Assembly (NCBI GenBank): GCA_046727335.1 | Contig: JBKPCL010000036.1 | Location: forward strand, 1-35,678 | DNA from: Actinomycetota bacterium | GTDB lineage: Bacteria > Actinomycetota > Acidimicrobiia > IMCC26256 > PALSA-610 | DNA length: 35,678 nt | Reading direction: 5' to 3' | Program-made: the position numbers and the translations under genes | In this document: piece after piece, positions 1 to 7,498 of the stretch | How the letters are laid out: each line of letters opens with the position of its first letter | Position numbering within the stretch: position 1 is the stretch's first letter | Notes under the pieces: model-generated | Databases searched by the model: none | Told to the model about the DNA's origin: nothing | What the model saw: the letters and a program-made list of their open reading frames with translations, nothing else

Positions 1-1
1 C

Positions 2-3000
2 GCTCTCCTGTACTCGTATGTTCTCGGAGCTCCGGTGTACGGCGCGGTCTCGGTGGCGCGAAGCCAGTTCTACGTCGGCGCGACCGACGGACTGCTCTAC
101 GCGTTCGGGCTCGGCGCCGCGCCGACCGCGCCGCCGGCAGACCCGAACTGTCCGACGGGATTCACGTGCCAGGACGTCCGCAATCCTCTGCCGGGCAGTG
201 AGCAGACGGCGAACGGGGTCCTCACGGTCACGGCGAGCGGCGCGGCGATCCATGGCACCGCCGACCAGTACCGATCGATCGGGAAGCTCGTCACGGGCGA
301 CTCGCAGTCGAGTGTGACGGTCGTCGCGCAAAGCACACAGAACAAACAGCCGCAGGCCGGCCTGATGGTGCGCCAGGCGTACGGCACGAGCACCGACCAA
401 GGTGCGCCGTTCTTCGCGATCCTCGCGTACCCGAACGACCTCACCGAGGGACTCCCGCAGCCGATGGTCGTCATCTGGTACCGGTCCCAGTTCGGCAAGA
501 ACTCGATCGAGCTGACGAAGTGGTATCCGGCCAACAAGCCGGTCTCGGTCATGATCCAGCGCGTCGGCAACCTCTTCAGCGCGGGCATCTCGTTCGATGG
601 AGCGAACTTCCAACTCATTCCGGGCGCGTCGGTCAGCATCGACATGCCCACGACGACGTTGCAGGGGCTCGCGGTCGACTCGGGATCGACCACGAATTAC
701 GGCACCGCGTCCTTCACCAATCTCTCGGTTGGGGGTCCGGTCGTCACGCCGATGACACTCCAGCTGCCGGTCCATCCCTGCCCCGCACCTTGGACGTGCC
801 AGGACATCGGGAACCCGAACCCGCCGGGCGACACGACGGCAACCGGAAACTCGGTCAACCTCGCCGGCACCGGCACGGGCTTCGGAGGCGCCACCGACTC
901 GCTGCACTACGTCTACCAAACCGTTTCCGGGAACCAAACGATCGGCGCGCAGGTCGTGACCGCGCCGCCCGCGTCGAACGCGCAGATCGGGTTGATGATG
1001 CGCGCGAGCACTGCTCCGTCGGCGCCCATGTACAGCGTGTACCTCAAACCGGGCGGTGCCGCGACCGTGCAGTGGCGGGCCTACGACGGCATCGCGTACC
1101 GCAAGAGTGTGCCGATCCCCACCGTCACGTCTCCGGCGTACCTCCAAATCCTTCGCTTTCAGGACACGCGCTTCAATCCGCCGGTGACGTTCTTCGGAAC
1201 CATGACCTCACCGGACGGCGTTTCGTGGACGCCAGTGCTCGGGTCATCGGTCGCGATCGATATGGGCCCGGGTTCGTACCTCGCCGGTCTCGCAGCAACA
1301 ACCGCGGTCGCGCGCGCCACGACACCCGGAACCTTCAACAACGTCACCTTTGGCACGCCGCAGACACCGCCACCCGGCGTCTGCCCCGACGAGTTCACCT
1401 GCGCAGACGTCGGCATTCAGAGCCTCCCGAGCAACGAGGTGTTCCTGAACGGAACATGGACGATGCAGGCGAGCGGCAGTGACATCTGGAGCAACTACGA
1501 CACGTTCCATTTCGCCTACCAGGCCTTCCCGGACGACCCCGCGAACTCGAACAACGGCGACGGCACGATCAGCGCGCGCGTCGTCTCGCAGACGAACGTC
1601 GGAGGGCCGTGGATGAAGTCCGGCGTGATGATCCGCGCCGGGACCGACCCACAGGCTCCCTACTACGGCGTCTTCGTGACGCCCGGCAACGGCGTCGCCG
1701 TGCAATGGCGCGCCGGCCAGGCCCAGCAAACGACGCAGACACTTGCCCCGGGCGTGCACGCGCCGGCCTTTGTCCTGGCGTCGCGCTACACCGACACCGC
1801 TCACAACAACATCGTGTACTACAGCGCGTTCACTTCGCCCGACGGTGTCACGTTCACCTATGTCCCCGGCTCGACCGTGAGCCTCGATCTCCCTGGACCT
1901 CTCGTCGCCGGGATCGCAAGCAACTCGTACGACTCGGGCACCACCTCGGTCGCGACCTTCGACAGCGTCGCCCAGCTGCCGGGATCGCAGCCGCCGCCGT
2001 TCATCTGCCCGCCCGGCTGGAACTGCGCAGATCTCGGTGGCGCCCTTCCGCCTGGGCAAGACCAGCTCACGTCATCGGGAACTTGGAACGAGATCGGCGG
2101 AGGCGGCGACATCTGGGGGACCGCGGACTCGTTCCACTTCGTGTCGCAGACATTGCCCGTCAATGGGACTGCGAGCGCGCAGGTCACGGCGCAACAAGCG
2201 ACGGACCCGTGGGCGAAGGCAGGACCGATGCTGCGCACGAGCACAGACCCCGGTGCGCCCTACTACGCAGCGTTCATCACGCCGAGCAACGGCATCGCGG
2301 TCCAGTGGCGCGCCGTACAAGATGGCGCGTCGAGCCAGCTGGTAGTCCCCGGTGCCGCGCCCGCATACCTCATGGTCAACCGGTTCACGACCACAGGCGC
2401 GAATCCGCGGACGTACCTGGCGGCATACACGTCGAACGATGGCAACACCTGGACCCCGATCGGTTCCTCGGTGATGCCGTTGAACCTCGGCGGCCCACTG
2501 CTTGGAGGCTTCGCCATCACGTCGCACAACCAAGGAGCGGGATCGGCGGTCACGCTCGATTCGGTCGCAGTCACCGCGACCGACCTCGCGCCACCCGGAG
2601 TGTGCCCGGCCGAGTGGCAATGTGCCGACCTCGGCGGAGCGACGCCTGCCGGCAGCCAGGATCTCTCCGGAGACACGTGGACGATCAACGGAGGCGGAGG
2701 CGACATCTGGGGAACCGCCGACTCCTTCCGTTACCTGTGGCAACCGATGGCGGGCGACGGGACACTCAGCGCGCAGTTCGTGTCGCAAGGCAACACGAAC
2801 GACTGGGCCAAGGCCGGCGTGATGCTCCGGCAGACGACGGATCCCGGGTCGCCCTACTACGCCGCGTTCATCACTCCGGCAAACGGTGTCGTGATCCAGT
2901 GGCGCACCGCCCAGGGCGACGTCTCGTCCCAGGTGACGACTCCGGGCGCGCCCGCGCTGTATCTCCAGATCGTGCGGACCGGGACGACGTTCACGGCCGC

Positions 3001-3157
3001 GACGTCTCCCGACGGAATCACGTGGACGCCGGTGCCCAACTCTGCCGTTGACATACCGAGCTTGACCGGAGGTTTGCTCAGCGGGCTCGCCGTGACATCA
3101 CACGATACCGGCGTGCTGTCGACGGTCGTCGCGAACTCGGTGGTCACGACGCCATGA
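2..3157 (+). CDS. Secreted multidomain protein, 5'-truncated by the window edge: the last blade of a PQQ/FG-GAP-like beta-propeller followed by five tandem ~200-aa concanavalin-A-like (DUF1349-like lectin/glucanase fold) modules
   Basis: The frame is open from nt 2, with no stop upstream of the GTG at 35. The sequence ...YVGATDGLLYAFG is a propeller-blade motif. Five modules open with CPxx[FW]xCxD[VIL]G at nt 149, 779, 1382, 2006 and 2603. They carry GGDIWG-x-ADSF-x-[FY]..Q, WAKAG[VP]M[LI]R, GAPYYA-F-[IV]TP-NG and QWR motifs. Stop TGA 3155-3157 overlaps the next ATG. Confidence 0.8.
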   Translation, partial: ALLYSYVLGAPVYGAVSVARSQFYVGATDGLLYAFGLGAAPTAPPADPNCPTGFTCQDVRNPLPGSEQTANGVLTVTASGAAIHGTADQYRSIGKLVTGDSQSSVTVVAQSTQNKQPQAGLMVRQAYGTSTDQGAPFFAILAYPNDLTEGLPQPMVVIWYRSQFGKNSIELTKWYPANKPVSVMIQRVGNLFSAGISFDGANFQLIPGASVSIDMPTTTLQGLAVDSGSTTNYGTASFTNLSVGGPVVTPMTLQLPVHPCPAPWTCQDIGNPNPPGDTTATGNSVNLAGTGTGFGGATDSLHYVYQTVSGNQTIGAQVVTAPPASNAQIGLMMRASTAPSAPMYSVYLKPGGAATVQWRAYDGIAYRKSVPIPTVTSPAYLQILRFQDTRFNPPVTFFGTMTSPDGVSWTPVLGSSVAIDMGPGSYLAGLAATTAVARATTPGTFNNVTFGTPQTPPPGVCPDEFTCADVGIQSLPSNEVFLNGTWTMQASGSDIWSNYDTFHFAYQAFPDDPANSNNGDGTISARVVSQTNVGGPWMKSGVMIRAGTDPQAPYYGVFVTPGNGVAVQWRAGQAQQTTQTLAPGVHAPAFVLASRYTDTAHNNIVYYSAFTSPDGVTFTYVPGSTVSLDLPGPLVAGIASNSYDSGTTSVATFDSVAQLPGSQPPPFICPPGWNCADLGGALPPGQDQLTSSGTWNEIGGGGDIWGTADSFHFVSQTLPVNGTASAQVTAQQATDPWAKAGPMLRTSTDPGAPYYAAFITPSNGIAVQWRAVQDGASSQLVVPGAAPAYLMVNRFTTTGANPRTYLAAYTSNDGNTWTPIGSSVMPLNLGGPLLGGFAITSHNQGAGSAVTLDSVAVTATDLAPPGVCPAEWQCADLGGATPAGSQDLSGDTWTINGGGGDIWGTADSFRYLWQPMAGDGTLSAQFVSQGNTNDWAKAGVMLRQTTDPGSPYYAAFITPANGVVIQWRTAQGDVSSQVTTPGAPALYLQIVRTGTTFTAATSPDGITWTPVPNSAVDIPSLTGGLLSGLAVTSHDTGVLSTVVANSVVTTP

Positions 3158-4743
3158 TGAGCAGAAAGGCACAGGAGCCGGCGCGTTCCGACGACGGCGC
3201 CAGGGTCTTCCGCCGCCGCGACGGGCGCATCCGGGTGGTGCGCGAATCCTTCATCGACCTCGCGGCCCTCGAACAGGATTCGGAGGCCGACGAGGTCGCG
3301 TACGTCGCGAAGCTCGAGATTCTCGGCCGTGCGACGCGCGACGAGGGACTGCTCTCCCGATCGCAGAAAGTCGCGGGACTCCTCGCGATCGCCGCGGGGG
3401 TCATCGCGTTGCTCATCGCGCCGGTGTTCACCGTCGTCGCGGTCAATGCGGCGCTCGTCATCTTCTTTTGCAGCGCGACGGTGATGAAGCTCGTGCTCAC
3501 CGACCGCGGGATCAAGGAGAACTGCGCGGTCGTCATCTCTCAAAGCGAGCTCGACGCGATCGCCGACGAGGACCTCCCGATGTACACGATCCTGTTGCCC
3601 GTGTACCGCGAAGCAGGGATGCTCGGACAGCTCGTCGACGGCATCGGCGCGCTCGATTACCCGGCTGAGCGGCTCGACGTGAAGTTGCTCGTCGAGGAGG
3701 ACGACGTCGAGACGCGCGAAGCCGCGGCCGCGATGGAACTTCCTCCGTACTTCGACGTGATCGTCGTCCCCGACGTGGGGCCACGGGGCAAGCCCCGCGC
3801 GTGCAACCAGGGGCTGGTCCGGGCAAAGGGCGAGTTCCTCGTCATCTACGACGCGGAGGACCGACCCGAGCGCGACCAACTACGGAAGGCCGTCTGTGCG
3901 TTCAGTCGTGCTCAACCTGACGTCGTGTGCCTGCAAGCGAAGCTCAACTATTTCAACCGCACCCACAACCTCCTCACGCGCTGGTTCACGGCCGAGTACT
4001 CCGTGTGGTTCGATCAGCTGCTGCCGGGACTGCAATCCGCCGACGTGGCGATCCCACTCGGTGGCACGTCGAATCACTTCATCACCGCGCGCCTGCTCGA
4101 GCTCCACGGCTGGGATCCGTTCAACGTGACCGAGGACGCGGACCTCGGTATGCGGATCTTCCTCCGTGGTTGGAAGACGGCAATCCTCGACACCACCACG
4201 TACGAAGAGGCGACGAGCCGCTACCGCAATTGGATCCGCCAGCGCAGTCGTTGGGTCAAGGGCTACACGCAGACGTTCCTCATGCACACGAGACGTCCGC
4301 GTGAACTCCTGCACCGTATGGGACCGAAGGCCTTCATCGTGTTCGTGCTGTTCTTCGGTGCGGGAACGCTGTGTCTCCTCCTCAATCCTCTCTATTGGCT
4401 GCTCGCAGCATGGTGGTTCGCGAGTCATCAACACTGGATCGAAACAATCTTCCCGAGACCGGTGCTCTACGCGGGCACCGTCGCACTGTTCATCGGGAAC
4501 GTGGCCTGTCTGCTCATGATCGTGGTCGGAACGTTCAGCCGGCGTAACTACGACGATGTGAAGTGGGCGTTTCTGAGCCCCCTGTACTGGCTGCTGATGT
4601 CCGTCGCCGCCTGGAAGGCGGTCACGCAGCTCTTCTACAAGCCGTCCTTCTGGGAGAAGACCGAGCACGGCTTCTGCCGCTACGAGCCCGAGAACCTGGT
4701 CACCGTTCCTGCCCGCGCTGAACAGAGGGAGTCGGTCTCGTGA
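3154..4743 (+). CDS. Membrane-embedded processive family-2 glycosyltransferase (beta-glycan synthase type, CslA/BcsA/PgaC-like architecture)
   Basis: One N-terminal TM helix (LLAIAAGVIALLIAPVFTVVAVNAALVIFF) and a GT-A core. Core motifs are LLPVYRE, DYPAERLDVKLLVEEDD, GKPRACNQG, DAED (DxD), TEDADLGMR (TED) and QRSRWVKG (QxxRW). About four C-terminal TM helices follow. ATGA overlap with the upstream gene at 3154-3157. Confidence 0.9.
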   Translation: MMSRKAQEPARSDDGARVFRRRDGRIRVVRESFIDLAALEQDSEADEVAYVAKLEILGRATRDEGLLSRSQKVAGLLAIAAGVIALLIAPVFTVVAVNAALVIFFCSATVMKLVLTDRGIKENCAVVISQSELDAIADEDLPMYTILLPVYREAGMLGQLVDGIGALDYPAERLDVKLLVEEDDVETREAAAAMELPPYFDVIVVPDVGPRGKPRACNQGLVRAKGEFLVIYDAEDRPERDQLRKAVCAFSRAQPDVVCLQAKLNYFNRTHNLLTRWFTAEYSVWFDQLLPGLQSADVAIPLGGTSNHFITARLLELHGWDPFNVTEDADLGMRIFLRGWKTAILDTTTYEEATSRYRNWIRQRSRWVKGYTQTFLMHTRRPRELLHRMGPKAFIVFVLFFGAGTLCLLLNPLYWLLAAWWFASHQHWIETIFPRPVLYAGTVALFIGNVACLLMIVVGTFSRRNYDDVKWAFLSPLYWLLMSVAAWKAVTQLFYKPSFWEKTEHGFCRYEPENLVTVPARAEQRESVS

Positions 4744-6401
4744 CGTCGAGTGCTGTGGCCGCGCCCGACGCGGCCGCTCTCGAGCAGCCAGGATCGGTCG
4801 AAACGCGCGAAGCGGGTGACGCGCGTGCCCCGCGTCGCCCGCTTCGCCTGCTGGCAGCCTCGCTGTCGCCACGCAGGAGCACGCCACGGACCGCGGTCGC
4901 CCTCGCCTACGTCGCCGCGGCTGCCGCGACGATCTGGTCTGCCGCGACGCACTCGATGCTCCTCTATGGCGACGCGCGCGCACACCTCAACGTCGCGCGT
5001 CACGTGACCGACGGGCTCCAAACGGGATTTACGCAGCTCGGCAGCGTGTGGCTCCCGATGCCGCACCTCCTCCTAGTTCCTTTCACCGCGTCACGATTGT
5101 TGTGGCACAGCGGCATGGCGGGAGCAATTGTCGGCGTCGAGTGCTTCGCATATGCGTCCGTGAGGATCTTCAACATCGTCGACGACCTCACCGACAACCG
5201 ACTGGCCGCGTGGTGCGGGTTCCTGCTCTTCATCGCGAACCTCAACATGCTCTACGTGCAGTCGACCGCGCTGACCGAGCCTGTACTGCTCGCGTTCATG
5301 ATCGGAGCGACGTACCACTTCGTGCGATGGATGCGCACGTTGTCCGTGCGCGAGCTGATGTGGGCGGCGATCTTGACGATGCTGGCCACGCTCACCCGTT
5401 ATGAAGGTTGGGCGCTGCTCATCGCAGGCGTTTGCGTCGTCGCCTATTGGGGGCTGCTCGCTGACCGTCGCCGCAAATCGCAGCAGGCGAACCTGGTGCT
5501 CTACACAATCGTCGGCGGGTACGGCATCTTGCTGTGGTTCATCTACAACCTGACCATCTTCGGCGATCCGCTGTACTTCCTCCACAGCCAATACAGCGCC
5601 CAGGTCATCAACGGATCGCAAGCTCGCTTCGGTCTGCTCGGCACCAAAGGCAACCTCGTCGAGAGCCTGCTCACCTACGGATGGGATGTCGCCGGTGTCG
5701 TCGGTCCCCTCGTCCTGATCGCGGCCGCTGTCTCGGTCGTCGTCCTGTCGACAGCTCGCGATGCCCGTCGTCGCCGGATCCTCTGCACGCTCGCGCTTCT
5801 CGGGGCGCCGGTTGCGTTCGAGGTCGTGTCGCTCTATCTGGGACAGACCACCATCCGAGTGCCGCAGCGCCTTCCGCACGGCATGTGGAACGACCGCTAC
5901 GGGCTGGTGGCACTTCCCCTCTGCGTGGTCGCGATCGCGACCGTGTTCGGCCGTAAGCGAATCCTCGGCGCGCTCGTTGTCATCACCGGAGTTCTCGGGA
6001 CGGCATCGTTGGCGTTCGGTACGCCGCTCACGTTGGCCGACGGCCGCACCGGCACCTCGAGCGCGGCAGCCGGTCGACCGGAGCGCGCCGCCGCGTTCTT
6101 GCACGCGAACTACCGCGGGGGCGAGATCCTCGCTGACGACTCCGCCGCTTCGGCATTCATGTTCGCCACCGATCTCGACCTCAAGGAGTTCGTCAGTCCC
6201 GGATTCGGCCGTTACTGGCGGCGAACACTGGTTGCTCCCGGGTCATACGTGCGCTGGGTTGTCGCCGTACCCGGTGACGCCATCTCCGCTGGTCGTAAGC
6301 ATCATCCAGATCGCTTCAGCGCCTTCCGACTCGTGTTCACCGACAGGGACATCAAGGTGTACAAGTTCGTCAATCCGGAGCAACGCACGCGAGCATTCTG
6401 A
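4740..6401 (+). CDS. Polytopic membrane protein, probable GT-C-fold glycosyltransferase (ArnT/PMT-like) with a C-terminal extracytoplasmic domain
   Basis: GTGA start/stop overlap with the GT2 gene at 4740-4743. About 11-13 hydrophobic helices. The first loop carries an acidic/His motif (YGDARAHLNVARHV) that resembles the PMT/ArnT loop-1 motif. A ~110-aa soluble tail follows. The family assignment is by architecture only. Confidence 0.65.
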   Translation: MTSSAVAAPDAAALEQPGSVETREAGDARAPRRPLRLLAASLSPRRSTPRTAVALAYVAAAAATIWSAATHSMLLYGDARAHLNVARHVTDGLQTGFTQLGSVWLPMPHLLLVPFTASRLLWHSGMAGAIVGVECFAYASVRIFNIVDDLTDNRLAAWCGFLLFIANLNMLYVQSTALTEPVLLAFMIGATYHFVRWMRTLSVRELMWAAILTMLATLTRYEGWALLIAGVCVVAYWGLLADRRRKSQQANLVLYTIVGGYGILLWFIYNLTIFGDPLYFLHSQYSAQVINGSQARFGLLGTKGNLVESLLTYGWDVAGVVGPLVLIAAAVSVVVLSTARDARRRRILCTLALLGAPVAFEVVSLYLGQTTIRVPQRLPHGMWNDRYGLVALPLCVVAIATVFGRKRILGALVVITGVLGTASLAFGTPLTLADGRTGTSSAAAGRPERAAAFLHANYRGGEILADDSAASAFMFATDLDLKEFVSPGFGRYWRRTLVAPGSYVRWVVAVPGDAISAGRKHHPDRFSAFRLVFTDRDIKVYKFVNPEQRTRAF

Positions 6402-6512
6402 TTCTGGCGCGCACATCGCGCATTGTTCACCTCGGATCCTTCAACCTCTGAGCGTGTTTTGGCCGATAGCACAAGCTGACCATTCGGCCTGACGATCTCA
6501 GGGGGACCTGAA

Positions 6513-7457
6513 ATGCGGGGAGCTCGGAAGCGCGAGCAGCTCCTGGTGGCAATCGTGGCGCTGCTTGCGCTCGTTGCTGGGCTGACGGTGTACACCTTCG
6601 CCGGCGCGGCGTCGGGTGGAACCGGCATCTTCCACACGAATTGTGACTACCACCACTCCGCAATGGACGACCCCATCGTCCACCCGGGTGTTCCTGGCTC
6701 GAGTCACATGCACGACTTCTTCGGCAACAAGACCACGAATGCCTTTTCGACGCTGTCGAGCCTGCAAGCCGGAACGACGACGTGCACGGTCGGCGTCGAC
6801 AAAAGCGGCTACTGGGCGCCGCAGCTGATCTTCAACGGCACGCCCGTGCAGCCGACTCGCGTCCAGGCGTACTACCTCTCGAAGGCGGGCCCGGTCGTCA
6901 CACCGCCGACCGGCCTCGAGCTGGTCGCCGGGAATGCCCATGCGACCGCGCCGTTGCCGACGAGCGTCGTCAGTTGGAACTGTTCAGGTATCTACTCCGG
7001 CCCGACCGCGTCGCAGACCGCGCCGCCGGTATGCCCGAGTGGTTCGGTGCTGAAGGTCGTCGTCTTCTTCCCGAACTGCTGGGACGGCTTCCTGCCGACC
7101 GGCCAGGACAACACGTCGCACACGACGTACGCGGTGAACGGAACGTGCCCCAACGGCTACAAGGCGATCGCCCAGCTGCGTGCCGAGTTCAAGTATCCCG
7201 CCGGCGTCGACGGGCGCGGCAACGTGGCGTTCTCGTCCGGCCCCTACTACACGATGCACGCGGACTGGTTCAACGCGTGGGACGCGACGGCGCTGAGCAA
7301 CATCGTCTCGGGTTGCATCAACGCCAACGTCGATTGCGGGAGCGCGGTGCCGAGCGCTTCCTCGGGCACGACCGCCCCACCGGCGACGACGGCGACAACC
7401 GCGACGACGCTGCCGCCGGCCACCACATCGACCGTCGCCGGGTGCGTCAAAGTCTGA
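6513..7457 (+). CDS. Secreted/anchored DUF1996 domain protein with a Thr/Pro/Ala-rich C-terminal tail
   Basis: RBS AGGGGGA lies 7 nt upstream of the ATG. N-terminal signal/anchor is LLVAIVALLALVAGLTVYTF. The DUF1996 hallmark DDPIVHPGVPGSSHMHDFFGN is present, with conserved Cys pairs. The tail is SSGTTAPPATTATTATTLPPATTST. Confidence 0.85.
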   Translation: MRGARKREQLLVAIVALLALVAGLTVYTFAGAASGGTGIFHTNCDYHHSAMDDPIVHPGVPGSSHMHDFFGNKTTNAFSTLSSLQAGTTTCTVGVDKSGYWAPQLIFNGTPVQPTRVQAYYLSKAGPVVTPPTGLELVAGNAHATAPLPTSVVSWNCSGIYSGPTASQTAPPVCPSGSVLKVVVFFPNCWDGFLPTGQDNTSHTTYAVNGTCPNGYKAIAQLRAEFKYPAGVDGRGNVAFSSGPYYTMHADWFNAWDATALSNIVSGCINANVDCGSAVPSASSGTTAPPATTATTATTLPPATTSTVAGCVKV

Positions 7458-7472
7458 CGCGTCGGTAGCGCG

Positions 7473-7498
7473 AGCGCGGCGTCGGGAGGCGCCGCGCT
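7473..7498. terminator. GC-rich hairpin between convergent genes (possible bidirectional terminator)
   Basis: AGCGCGGCG (7473-7481) pairs perfectly with CGCCGCGCT (7490-7498) around an 8-nt loop. No U-tract. The hairpin touches the stop codon of the minus-strand gene. Confidence 0.4.

Noticed and set aside
2857-4983. Long minus-strand ORFs (2857..3879, 3880..4983, also 1244..2059, 2072..2788 and 5091..6104) antisense to the lectin, GT2 and GT-C genes
   Set aside because: Their translations are Arg/Ala/Gly/Asp-rich and motif-free. They are typical stop-poor shadow frames of high-GC coding DNA, and the plus-strand frames carry clear family motifs.
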